Below, one piece after another: positions 17,240-25,774 of a stretch of 32,000 nt of DNA. This DNA comes from Nitrosospira multiformis ATCC 25196 (GTDB lineage: Bacteria > Pseudomonadota > Gammaproteobacteria > Burkholderiales > Nitrosomonadaceae). The position numbers and the translations under genes are program-made. Within the stretch, counting starts at the first letter, position 1; each line of letters starts with the position of its first letter. Below the pieces are notes generated by a model. The model did not search any database, was not told the DNA's origin, and worked only from the letters and a program-made list of their open reading frames with translations. The DNA is taken from NCBI RefSeq assembly GCF_000196355.1, contig NC_007614.1, forward strand, positions 2,400,001 through 2,432,000, read 5' to 3'.

Positions 17240-18055
17240 TTATTCCGGAGCCTTCAGAGCCTGCATGGTGCGTTGGGCGAAACACAGGTCCTCCCATGCC
17301 TTCGCTTTGGCAACCAGCGTGCGTAACAGATAAGCCGGGTGATAGGTGACAATCACGGGAATACCTTCGTGCTGGTGGAGTTTGCCCCGAAGGCTGCCTA
17401 TGCTTGCATCAGTATTGAGCAGATTCCTGGCGGCGGTTTTTCCGAGCGCGACAATCAGCCTTGGCTTGATCAGCTCGATTTGCCGCGCGAGGTACGGTTC
17501 GCAACATTGCGCTTCATCATCGGAAGGTTCGCGATTTCCAGGCGGGCGGCATTTTACGATGTTGGCTATAAAAACATCGCGCCCGCGCTTCAACCCAATG
17601 GCCATCAGCATGTTATCCAGCAGCTTGCCTGCCTGCCCCACGAAGGGTTCACCCAGGGCATCCTCCTGAGCGCCCGGTCCTTCGCCCACGTAAAGCCAGT
17701 CCGCATTCGGGTCACCCACGCCAAACACGGTGCGCGTACGCGAGCTGCACAGTCGGCACGCCACGCAGCCTTCCACACTCTCTTTAAGCTGATCCCACTC
17801 CATCCGCAGAATCATCGCCCGGCGCTTCTCTGCTACGTCCTCCGTCGCGTTAGCAGAAGGCACGCAAACCTGTTCTACCTGTTCTTCGAACTCGGAAGGC
17901 GCAACCACCGGCGCTACCATCACCTGGGCCGATTCCGGCGTCCTGGACGGGTTTCCGTCTTCGGTACACTCCCTGACGCGCCATACCGGCGTCAATCCCA
18001 GCTCTTTGAGTATCTCGCCTCGCCTGACCCGTCTTCTATCGTTGTTGCTGATCAC
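17240..18055 (-). CDS. Uracil-DNA glycosylase, family 4 (Fe-S type), with a ~95-aa N-terminal extension
   Basis: Motif A is GEGPGAQEDALGEPFVGQAGKLLD. Fe-S cysteines are present (C.AC.LC.. and ..KCRPPGNREP..CC.PY). The GTG start at 18055 overlaps the rimI TGA. Confidence 0.9.
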   Translation of the reverse strand: MISNNDRRRVRRGEILKELGLTPVWRVRECTEDGNPSRTPESAQVMVAPVVAPSEFEEQVEQVCVPSANATEDVAEKRRAMILRMEWDQLKESVEGCVACRLCSSRTRTVFGVGDPNADWLYVGEGPGAQEDALGEPFVGQAGKLLDNMLMAIGLKRGRDVFIANIVKCRPPGNREPSDDEAQCCEPYLARQIELIKPRLIVALGKTAARNLLNTDASIGSLRGKLHQHEGIPVIVTYHPAYLLRTLVAKAKAWEDLCFAQRTMQALKAPE

Positions 18056-18513
18056 AGCACCAATTCCATTACCAACGAGTCTTCACGCCCGCCCATCGCG
18101 GGATAATAATCCTTGCGTTTCCCGATCTGCCTGAATCCAAGCCGTTCATACAGTCGGGCGGCAACATGATTGGATACGCGCACATCCAGAAACATGGTGA
18201 GCGCCAGCTGCTCCCTTGCAATTTCGATGAAGTGGCGCAGCAATTTTTCACCCCAGCCCTTCCCTTGCGATTCCGGCGCAATACTGAGCGTCAACAGATG
18301 GGCTTCTTCTGCCCCGATTGTCATTACGCCATATCCAAAGATATATCCATCCTGCTCCAATACCAGACAATGATAGCCTGCGTCGAGCGAATCGCTGAAA
18401 TTGCCCGGAGTCCATGGAAAAAGAAAAACTTCCCTTTCAATCGTCACCACCGCGTCGAGGTCTGACGGGACCATTCGCCTTATTCGGGGGGATTCCTGCA
18501 ATTGGGCGCTCAT
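18052..18513 (-). CDS. rimI: Ribosomal-protein-alanine N-acetyltransferase RimI
   Basis: The GNAT core reads ..LLTLSIAPESQGKGWGEKLLRHFIE.....LDVRVSN..A..LYERLGF... Homology starts at MSAQLQ (ATG 18513), which overlaps the tsaB stop in an ATGA. The longer track ORF (to 18795) overlaps tsaB and is not credible. Confidence 0.9.
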   Translation of the reverse strand: MSAQLQESPRIRRMVPSDLDAVVTIEREVFLFPWTPGNFSDSLDAGYHCLVLEQDGYIFGYGVMTIGAEEAHLLTLSIAPESQGKGWGEKLLRHFIEIAREQLALTMFLDVRVSNHVAARLYERLGFRQIGKRKDYYPAMGGREDSLVMELVL

Positions 18514-19181
18514 CGCTCCTTTTCCTTCAGGGCCACCTTGTTCCGAATATAGAGCGGAGCGGCATCCGCAGGATCGACACCCTGTCCTCTCGCGAATCTG
18601 GGAGCAGCCAGTTGCGCCATTGCGCGCGCGTCCGGCCGAACACCGCTGATGATGTGATTGAGGTAGCCTTCGTAACGTGTGCGCAACACTTCGGAATATA
18701 TATCGAACCCGCTCCCACACCCTGTCCAGTCCTGCTCCGGCACCAGAGGCGCATTTTGCGGCAGGCAGAGTGCAGGCTCGCTCACGACCTGCCATTCGTC
18801 CAGCACTTTCCTGTACGCGGCATGATAGATCTCATGCATGCGGGCATCCAGCGCTGCAACGACTTGTGTTCCGCCGGCTTGCTGTGCCAATGCTTCCAAT
18901 GTACTTATTCCGATCACTGGTAGCCCCGCCCCAAAAGCCAGTCCCTGCGCTATTCCGCATGCGATACGCAAGCCGGTGAAGGATCCAGGACCCGCGCCGA
19001 AAGCGATGCCATCCAGTTGCGCCAGCGTCAGCCCGGCTTCATCCAGCATCCGGCTCACCATCGGCAAAACCAGCTCGGAGTGGCGCTGCCCCGCAAGAAC
19101 CTCCTCACTGCGGATGTCACGCTCCAGCAGCAGTGCAATGGAACAGTATTCGCTGGATGTATCGAAAGCAAGAATTTTCAA
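18510..19181 (-). CDS. tsaB: tRNA t6A37 biosynthesis protein TsaB
   Basis: MKILAFDTSSEYCSIALL....H.E..LPM....L.EAGL....LD.IAFG.GPGSFTG.RI... is the canonical TsaB/YeaZ N-terminal domain. It lies upstream of rimI, as in many bacteria. Confidence 0.9.
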   Translation of the reverse strand: MKILAFDTSSEYCSIALLLERDIRSEEVLAGQRHSELVLPMVSRMLDEAGLTLAQLDGIAFGAGPGSFTGLRIACGIAQGLAFGAGLPVIGISTLEALAQQAGGTQVVAALDARMHEIYHAAYRKVLDEWQVVSEPALCLPQNAPLVPEQDWTGCGSGFDIYSEVLRTRYEGYLNHIISGVRPDARAMAQLAAPRFARGQGVDPADAAPLYIRNKVALKEKER

Positions 19182-19319
19182 GGCAAAGCGGAATAAATAC
19201 CGAACATAATGTCAGTACAATGACAACTGCCGTACGGAAACTTCGGCAGGAAAATCATTGTCTATTGTTGAGCAACACTCCAGTTCGTTTAACTTTATCA
19301 CTAATCGCACGGAGGAGTC

Positions 19320-19760
19320 ATGAGCATCACGTGGATTCTGGTTGCAAATGCAAGCGCAGCATATCTTTACGCAAACTACGGACCGAGAAAAGGATTACAG
19401 AAGCTCAGGGAATTCCGGCATGACGCCAGCAGGGGAAAACGGGTGGACCTGGTTACCGATCGCCCGGGACATAACAGAAGTAACGGGAATGGCCGTGGCT
19501 CCTACATACCTGCCACCGATCCAAAACAGCATGAGGCATGGACTTTCGCCTCGCAGCTAGCCCGGGAACTGGAGAACGGGCGCAAAACCAACAGCTATCA
19601 ACGCCTGATCCTGGTTGTATCGGCCCCCTTCATCGGTCTCATCAACAGCAATCTGGGAAGCCAGGTGCGCAACCTCGTAAGCGATACTTTTGAAAAGGAT
19701 TACACCAGGGCCAATGAAAGAAACCTGGTAAAGCAACTGGAGAGCTGCATTTATCTTTGA
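19320..19760 (+). CDS. Host-attachment family protein (Host_attach-like)
   Basis: The pattern MSITWILVANAS.A.LY....L......H......DLVTDRPG.......G......TDPK.HEA..FA..LA..LE.......Y..LILV..APF.G matches the host attachment protein family pattern as I recall it. Confidence 0.75.
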   Translation: MSITWILVANASAAYLYANYGPRKGLQKLREFRHDASRGKRVDLVTDRPGHNRSNGNGRGSYIPATDPKQHEAWTFASQLARELENGRKTNSYQRLILVVSAPFIGLINSNLGSQVRNLVSDTFEKDYTRANERNLVKQLESCIYL

Positions 19761-20338
19761 TGATTTAAAGAGTTGATCATCCTTTGATCACCTTTCAGGA
19801 ACCAGCGGCCAATCGGTGTATAAACCGGACCGTCGCTGGTCTGGTCCGATTTAACCAGTACCCATTCCCGCGCCCGCCACACCATTGGTTCCGCCCGCTC
19901 GGGCAGCGTTTTACAGGATGCATTCCTCATGAGCGTGATATGGGGCTTATAAGACCGCTCCTCCAATGAAAACCCTACCAATGAAAGGCTGCTCTGCAAA
20001 GCCTCGACCAGATCCATGAGTGGCCGGGGAACCTCGTTGATTTCCGCATAAACGATATTCTTGCGTTTCCACACGCAGATTCTTTCGATAACGAGGTCGA
20101 AGGCTCTCACGCCATGACCTTCAATTTCATCCGCCGCCCGGCACAGGGCCTCCACCTGGCTTGCATTCACCTCTCCTACAAACACCAATGTAAGATGAAT
20201 GTTCTCCGCTTTTGTTTTCCGTCCCTCGCAAACCGATGCCAATCGCCCGGTCAGCCGATCCAGCTGCATGCAGGTTTCCTTGTCGGGCCATATCGCAAAA
20301 AACAGGCGTACTGCTTTTTGCCGGGTCTCTTCAGCCAT
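19751..20338 (-). CDS. thpR: RNA 2',3'-cyclic phosphodiesterase ThpR (2H phosphoesterase / LigT-like)
   Basis: RLFFAIWPD.. is followed by two HxT/S motifs (HLTLVF and HITLMR) at the expected spacing. The length is ~195 aa. Confidence 0.85.
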   Translation of the reverse strand: MAEETRQKAVRLFFAIWPDKETCMQLDRLTGRLASVCEGRKTKAENIHLTLVFVGEVNASQVEALCRAADEIEGHGVRAFDLVIERICVWKRKNIVYAEINEVPRPLMDLVEALQSSLSLVGFSLEERSYKPHITLMRNASCKTLPERAEPMVWRAREWVLVKSDQTSDGPVYTPIGRWFLKGDQRMINSLNHQR

Positions 20339-20407
20339 CCGGGTTTCCGCTCATCCCCCAGTCATCTACCGTCCCTTCGCCGCTTGCTTTCCGCTCCGTT
20401 TCCATCC

Positions 20408-20905
20408 TCAGTCTGTCGTTTGATTCATGTGGGTAATCAGGCATACCGCTTCCGCCTCTATTCCCTCACCCCGCCCCACCGGCCCAAGACGTTCGGCCGT
20501 CTTGGCCTTGACGTTGACATCTCCGGGCTGCATGCGCAGGTCCTGCGCAATATTTGCGACCATTGCGGGAATATGGGAGGCCATCCTGGGTGCCTGCGCA
20601 ATGATAGTGGCATCAACATTCACTACCCTATAGCCACGCTCCGCAAGGAGGTTACCTACATTCTGCAGTAGCACGCGGCTGTCGATATTCCTGTAACGCG
20701 GATCAGTGTCAGAAAAATGCCGGCCGATATCCCCCAGTGCCGCGGCTCCCAGCACCGCGTCGCATATGGCATGCAGCAGCACATCCGCATCGGAATGCCC
20801 CAGCAAACCTTTCTCGTAGGGAATAGTCACTCCGCCGATAACAAGCTTGCGCCCCTCGACCAACTGGTGCACATCAAAACCCTGCCCGATTCTGAATCCG
20901 CCCAC
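20408..20905 (-). CDS. ispF: 2-C-methyl-D-erythritol 2,4-cyclodiphosphate synthase IspF
   Basis: The core reads [58 protein letters not shown]... I prefer GTG 20905 (AAGAGG 5 nt upstream, giving MGGFRIGQG, matching E. coli MRIGHG). Alternative starts are ATG 20941 or 21001. Confidence 0.9.
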   Translation of the reverse strand: MGGFRIGQGFDVHQLVEGRKLVIGGVTIPYEKGLLGHSDADVLLHAICDAVLGAAALGDIGRHFSDTDPRYRNIDSRVLLQNVGNLLAERGYRVVNVDATIIAQAPRMASHIPAMVANIAQDLRMQPGDVNVKAKTAERLGPVGRGEGIEAEAVCLITHMNQTTD

Positions 20906-21067
20906 TATCACCTCTTCTTGTTTAATTTCCGCGAAAAACATGAGAAAACAGTAGCCTCCAGTAATCGGTGCTTTGCGCGACTCTCGGGCTTTGCCCGACA
21001 TCTTTCACCTGACGCCTGGATCTACAACTGCTTTCAGCGGGCTAATAAGCCGCCCACCCTCATTACA

Positions 21068-21766
21068 CTACTTACAGTTTTTCAGTATCAACTCCGCCAA
21101 CGCGAGATCCTGAGGATAAGTAACTTTCAGGTTGCGCGCATCGCTCACAACCAGTTTCGGGCGCAGACCGAGTGCTTCGATAGCGCCTGCATCGTCCGTC
21201 ATGGTTACACCTCCAGCCCCGCTCAGGGCGTTCACCAGGGTTCGGTACCGGAACATCTGCGGTGTCTGGGCCTGCCAAAGACCTTCTCTCGGTTCTGTAC
21301 GTTCAGCCCGGCAAGTGGGATCGCTTCGCTTCAAGGTGTCCGCAACCGGAACCGCGAGCAATCCGCCCACTTCGTCCTCTTCCAGTTCATCCATCAGCTT
21401 ATCCAGAAGCTTCCCTCCCAAGCAGGGCCGTGCAGCATCATGGACCAGCACCCAGTCATCATCTTCGATCGCCGTCCCTTCCTGCGCTGCTTTTAAACCA
21501 TTCAGCACGGTCTCGGCGCGGGTAGCTCCGCCGCATTCAAGCATCGATAGCTTGCTGGAGAATTCTGACCAGTCATGCCGCGCCCACTCTACATCTCCCG
21601 GGGACAGCACAACAAAGACTCGGGAAAGCCGCGGCGAGTTGCATAACGTTGCCAGCGCATGATGAATCATGGGTTTTCCTGCGAGGGTCAAGTATTGCTT
21701 GGGCATCCGGTCGCCCATGCGCGAGCCTGAACCTGCCGCCGGAATGAGTGCGAAGAAATTTTGCAT
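21068..21766 (-). CDS. ispD: 2-C-methyl-D-erythritol 4-phosphate cytidylyltransferase IspD
   Basis: The N-terminus reads ..[14 protein letters not shown]...PKQYL.L.GK... with the later motif ..VLVHDAARP... The length is 232 aa. Confidence 0.95.
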   Translation of the reverse strand: MQNFFALIPAAGSGSRMGDRMPKQYLTLAGKPMIHHALATLCNSPRLSRVFVVLSPGDVEWARHDWSEFSSKLSMLECGGATRAETVLNGLKAAQEGTAIEDDDWVLVHDAARPCLGGKLLDKLMDELEEDEVGGLLAVPVADTLKRSDPTCRAERTEPREGLWQAQTPQMFRYRTLVNALSGAGGVTMTDDAGAIEALGLRPKLVVSDARNLKVTYPQDLALAELILKNCK

Positions 21767-22045
21767 GGATATTACAGGAAGTAGCTGAATTGGTGCGTCA
21801 AACGAGGACCGGCACGTGAATATGTGTTAGACCGCGAAAATGGGCAATGGAAATACGGTAAAAACACTGCGAGGAAACACCGGGCTGACCGGATGCCCTT
21901 AACCTGTAAGATTTTACAGCTACCGGCGTATTTAATCTTGTCCTTTAATAGTTATACCACGGGGCCATGCAGAAAGATGAGTTCCACAGGCTTTTTTGAA
22001 TCCCTTACGTAAGAATCGATCTTCCCGCTTCCAGGTGCAGAGAAC

Positions 22046-23020
22046 ATGATTGGACAATCCCCTGCCTTCGCAAAGGTTACCCAGTTCATTGAGAAAATTG
22101 CAGGCTGCGACGCACCTGTTCTTATCGAAGGTGAAACAGGCACAGGAAAAGAACTGGCCGCACGGGCAATCCACGACAGCGGCGCGAGGCGAAACGGGGC
22201 GTTTGTGCCGATAAATTGCCGCGCCATCCCGGATACCCTGATTGAAAACGAACTGTTCGGACACGAACGGGATTCCTGTATCGGAGGCTCGCCGGAACAC
22301 CCGAATCCGAGTGCCCCCGCGCAGTCCGGCACACTCTTCCTGGATGAAGCAGATGCGTTATCTCCCAAGGCGCAGGTTACTCTGCTGCGATTCTTCCAGG
22401 ATCAGGAATACCTTCCGCTGGGACGCCGCATAGCGCGCTCTGCAAACAGAAGAATAATTATTGCCAGTAACAGAAACTTAGGGCACTTGGCCGAGAAAGG
22501 CGAATTCCGCCTTGATCTTCTGTTTCGCCTTAAAATCATGTATCTCACCCTGCCGCCACTCCGTGAGCGCCAAGGCGACGCGGCTCTGTTAGCAGATTAC
22601 TTCCTGCGCGAATGCTCCGCGCGTTTTAACCGCGGCAACAAAACCTTACATCCGAACACTGTCGCATGGTTCGACAAATACAATTGGCCCGGAAATATAC
22701 GGGAACTGGAAAATCTGATCTATCGCGAGTATCTTCTCGCCGACGAAGATGTCATAAATATCGCATCGCTCGCGCCCACAGTGGCCGAACGGCGCTCCGG
22801 GTTTGACCGCCGCCTCCCCGAGCTGAACGGCTTGAGCTTCGCCGAGGCCAAAAACCGCGCCATAGCAGCTTTCGAACAATATTACCTTGCCGAGGCCATG
22901 GTCAGAGCGCAGGGTAACGTGACAAGAGCTGCGAGCCTTGTCGGAAAAGATCGACGCGCGTTCGGGAAATTGCTGAAAAAGCATAGTATGAGCAAGAACA
23001 AGCTCTTTCTGGAACACTGA
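22046..23020 (+). CDS. AAA+ enhancer-binding-protein-family transcriptional regulator. It has a PspF-like architecture (AAA+ core plus Fis-type HTH, no sensory domain) and a degenerate GAFTGA loop.
   Basis: Present motifs are Walker A GETGTGKE, Walker B TLFLDEAD, the R-finger region FRLDLLFRL, sensor II WPGNIRELEN, and the C-terminal HTH GNVTRAASLVGKDRRAFGKLLKKH. The expected GHEKGAFTGA reads GHERDSCIGG (22259-22288). An in-frame stop at 22010-22012 excludes an upstream domain. Confidence 0.85.
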   Translation: MIGQSPAFAKVTQFIEKIAGCDAPVLIEGETGTGKELAARAIHDSGARRNGAFVPINCRAIPDTLIENELFGHERDSCIGGSPEHPNPSAPAQSGTLFLDEADALSPKAQVTLLRFFQDQEYLPLGRRIARSANRRIIIASNRNLGHLAEKGEFRLDLLFRLKIMYLTLPPLRERQGDAALLADYFLRECSARFNRGNKTLHPNTVAWFDKYNWPGNIRELENLIYREYLLADEDVINIASLAPTVAERRSGFDRRLPELNGLSFAEAKNRAIAAFEQYYLAEAMVRAQGNVTRAASLVGKDRRAFGKLLKKHSMSKNKLFLEH

Positions 23021-23357
23021 TTCTTCCCTCTTCAGGTTTCCTCTCCAAATTTTCGCGCCGGCACTCGATTCCCTGTCTGCCGTCGACGAGGCACGTATTC
23101 GACAGAACCTGCAGGGCGTTCGCGATATTGTCGCGGCGGGATCGAAAAGGCAGGAACATACGGGGGTCTCACAAACTGCCGGAGGATATTTGGTACGAGC
23201 GGTGTTCGGTTTATCCGATTGCCAAACGCTGTATTGATTGCCAGCCCGGGCACGAACACCGGAAGACTCGCCTAGAAGGACGCGTCCCCTGACAGGAAAG
23301 CGGCGCGAACAATAACCCGCCTGCAAAATGAAGAAACGGATAGGGAGTCCATTTCTC

Positions 23358-24155
23358 CTAAAAAGTGCAGGAAGTCAGTTCGAACTCCACGTCTTCTTCG
23401 TATAGCCGGGTTTTCTGTGTGGAACTGGAAACAACGAAGCGAATGGTCAGAGCAAATTTGTGCGCACTGATCTCGGGAACGCAGGCCATGCTTTCATCCA
23501 GCTTGAGGGATAGCAGGTGCGCCATCCTCCCCGCTCCCATCTGCTGGAACATGCCCTTGTTAGCGGTGTAGTTGTCGGTTTTTCCGCTGTCCCGCAGCAG
23601 ACGCAAAAGGATACGGAAACTTTTCTCGATTGGGAGCAGCGTCGCGATCCATTCATCGAGGTCGCTTCGCCGCACTTCGGGGTCGAGATGCAGCCAGTAG
23701 CGATATGAAGGCAGATCGAATTCGCATGCCCCTCCGGGTATGCCGACGCGCTGCTTGATGCCCATCAGCCACTCGTTGTCGCGCATGGGTTCTCCGATTT
23801 TTCCGGCAACGGTCCGCAAATCCTGGGAGGAGATCTGAATGTCATTCAGCATCTCGTCCAGTCCGCCTTCCGGGTTCTCCGGGCTTTTACGCAACAATTC
23901 CAGCGCCTGCTTCTGCCGATCCAATTCCTGCAGCAGTTCCGACTTCATGTCGGCGCGGCCTGTCACGTCGAGAATCTCGAACAGGGTGACAAGCGCAGCG
24001 TGGTGATCATAGGGCTCTTCCTGCGCAGAAAAGAACGCTACCTTGTCAAACAAGTCCTCAAGGCGCAGAAGCGTGCGGACGCGTTCGTTGAGAGGATGTT
24101 CGTAACGGATCACGATAGAGGCCCACAGCAAAGAACGGCGACTGCGGATGGGCAT
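23358..24155 (-). CDS. zapD: Cell division protein ZapD (YacF)
   Basis: ..VIRYEHPLNERVRTLLRLEDLF.. parallels the E. coli ZapD N-terminus (..[20 protein letters not shown]..). It lies downstream of coaE, the conserved arrangement. The exact start is uncertain (ATG 24155 or GTG 24113). Confidence 0.85.
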   Translation of the reverse strand: MPIRSRRSLLWASIVIRYEHPLNERVRTLLRLEDLFDKVAFFSAQEEPYDHHAALVTLFEILDVTGRADMKSELLQELDRQKQALELLRKSPENPEGGLDEMLNDIQISSQDLRTVAGKIGEPMRDNEWLMGIKQRVGIPGGACEFDLPSYRYWLHLDPEVRRSDLDEWIATLLPIEKSFRILLRLLRDSGKTDNYTANKGMFQQMGAGRMAHLLSLKLDESMACVPEISAHKFALTIRFVVSSSTQKTRLYEEDVEFELTSCTF

Positions 24156-24238
24156 TGTTTCAAATTCTTATTTTAGCAGCCAAATCCGCAGGCAACAAAT
24201 GTGAAGCTCCTGCAGGAAACCCGCCTGGTGCGTTGAAA

Positions 24239-24841
24239 TCAACTTCCCTGGGCCAGCGTCATATATTTCTTGTGCAATGCCCGTACCTGCCGCTCGAGGT
24301 TGGGAAGGTCGGCATTGTTGACAATCACGTCATCCGCCTGCCCCAACCGTTCGTCACGCGAAACCTGGGCAACCATGATGGCCCGCACTGCCTGTTCATT
24401 CATTCCACTGCGCGCAGTGGCGCGGCTAATCTGCGCCCCTTCGCTGCAATCCACCACCAGAACGCGCTGGACTATTCCCCGGTAGTGGCCGGTCTCAAGC
24501 AGCAGCGGAACCACGATTATCAGGTAAGGCCCCTGAGCAAGCCCTACTCTCCGCGACACTTCGTCCCGGATGAGCGGGTGAAGAATAGCCTCCAGTTTGC
24601 GACGCGCATCCGTATCGTTAAACACGAGGTTACGCATTTCCTTGCGGTTCAGGGCCCCCTCGGGCGTGATGTATTTCTCCCCGAAGGCGCGCCGGATGGC
24701 AGGCAGGCTGCGCCCTCCCGACTGGGTAAGTTCATGCGCAATCTCATCGGTATCGACCACGCCGGCGCCGAGCGCGGAAAAAATATTGGCGGCGCTGGTT
24801 TTACCGCTGCCGATGCCCCCAGTCAGGCCGATTACCAGCAT
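24239..24841 (-). CDS. coaE: Dephospho-CoA kinase
   Basis: MLVIGLTGGIGSGKTSAANIF..LG..V.D.D.IAH.L contains the P-loop. The start is ATG 24841, 5 nt after the pilD stop. The 34-codon extension in the track ORF overlaps pilD. Confidence 0.9.
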   Translation of the reverse strand: MLVIGLTGGIGSGKTSAANIFSALGAGVVDTDEIAHELTQSGGRSLPAIRRAFGEKYITPEGALNRKEMRNLVFNDTDARRKLEAILHPLIRDEVSRRVGLAQGPYLIIVVPLLLETGHYRGIVQRVLVVDCSEGAQISRATARSGMNEQAVRAIMVAQVSRDERLGQADDVIVNNADLPNLERQVRALHKKYMTLAQGS

Positions 24842-24845
24842 GGGG

Positions 24846-25754
24846 CTAAAATGACCCCAGGTAAGCTCTATTGATCTCGTTTCCCCAAAACAGAGCCACG
24901 ATTCCCCCACACACCAGATAAGGCCCGAACGGAATAGGGACATGACGCCCGTGCTTTGCTGCCAGCATCAGGCCAAGCCCTGCCATGCTTCCCACGAGGG
25001 ATGAAGACAGAATCACCAGGGGCAGCATTTGCCACCCCAGCCAGGCGCCAATGGCGGCCAGCAACTTGAAGTCCCCATAACCCATTCCCTCCCGGCCGGT
25101 CAGGAGTTTATAACCCCAATACACCGACCACAGGGCAAGATATCCCACTACGGCGCCAATCACGGCAGAATGGATATCCGCAAAACCACCGCTCAGGTTA
25201 ATCAATAACCCTCCCCATAACAGGGGGATGGTAATGTCATTGGGCAGCAACTGAGTATCCAGGTCGATGAAAGCAAGCGCAACCATGGCCCATACAAGCG
25301 CAAGCGCCGCAAAAGCGATAACCCCATAACCAAAATGCCACGCGACAAGGCCGCTCAGCGCTGCGGTTAACCCTTCCACAACGGGATAGCGCATGGAAAT
25401 CGCGGTGCGGCACTGCGAGCAGCGTCCCCTCAATGCGATGTAGCTGATGAGCGGAATATTTTCGAGCGCCGTAATCCTGTGCCCGCAATGGGGACAAGTG
25501 GAAGACGGCGTAATGAGATTGAAAGCCGGCTCCGCTGCAAGGGCTTCATGCGGTTCGTGTGCTGGCGCTATCCCGTTTGTTCCGGAAGACAGTTCTGCCT
25601 GCAGTTCGGCGCACTGTTGTCGCCATTCCCGCTCCAGCATTCTCGGCAGGCGGTAGATAACCACATTCAAAAAACTGCCGGCGACCAGACCAATGAGCGC
25701 GCAGAACGAGGCAAAGAACACCGGAGAGTATTGCAGCACGGAGATAAAAGACAT
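24846..25754 (-). CDS. pilD: Prepilin peptidase / N-methyltransferase PilD (A24 family)
   Basis: The N-terminus ..GLVAGSFLNVVIYRLP.. is followed by the Cys-box CPHCGHRI...IP..SY..LRG.C..C and the aspartyl protease motifs ..MGYGDFKLLAA.G.W.G.. within a polytopic membrane protein. Confidence 0.9.
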   Translation of the reverse strand: MSFISVLQYSPVFFASFCALIGLVAGSFLNVVIYRLPRMLEREWRQQCAELQAELSSGTNGIAPAHEPHEALAAEPAFNLITPSSTCPHCGHRITALENIPLISYIALRGRCSQCRTAISMRYPVVEGLTAALSGLVAWHFGYGVIAFAALALVWAMVALAFIDLDTQLLPNDITIPLLWGGLLINLSGGFADIHSAVIGAVVGYLALWSVYWGYKLLTGREGMGYGDFKLLAAIGAWLGWQMLPLVILSSSLVGSMAGLGLMLAAKHGRHVPIPFGPYLVCGGIVALFWGNEINRAYLGSF

Positions 25755-25774
25755 TTAAAAGACATCCCCGGGGA

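Noticed and set aside
17339-18106. A 255-aa plus-strand ORF antisense to udg.
   Set aside because: It is a shadow of the family-4 UDG gene, is Arg/His/Phe-rich, and has no recognisable domain.
18514-18795. The N-terminal 94-codon extension of the rimI ORF in the track (18052..18795).
   Set aside because: It overlaps the tsaB coding region in another frame. It is Arg/Cys/Gly-rich, and GNAT homology only begins at MSAQLQ (ATG 18513), which forms an ATGA overlap with the tsaB stop.
20717-21496. A 259-aa plus-strand ORF spanning the ispF/ispD region.
   Set aside because: It is antisense to two unambiguous MEP-pathway genes and has no homology signal. It is a shadow ORF.
21824-22012. A 62-aa ORF and a 19-codon ATG ORF (21840-21899) in the ispD/EBP spacer.
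   Set aside because: They have no SD, a non-canonical start for the longer one, and no recognisable sequence. The spacer is treated as non-coding.
23021-23357. A search for yacG (zinc-finger gyrase inhibitor) downstream of zapD. Track ORFs 23032..23259 and 22646..23326 lie on the minus strand here.
   Set aside because: None of the three minus-strand frames shows the CPxC...C..RC..IDLG.W pattern. The two track ORFs are Arg/Pro-rich, lack an SD, and the longer one is antisense to the EBP gene.
24155-24874. A 239-aa plus-strand ORF antisense to coaE.
   Set aside because: It is antisense to the clear dephospho-CoA kinase gene. Its composition is not protein-like and it has no SD.
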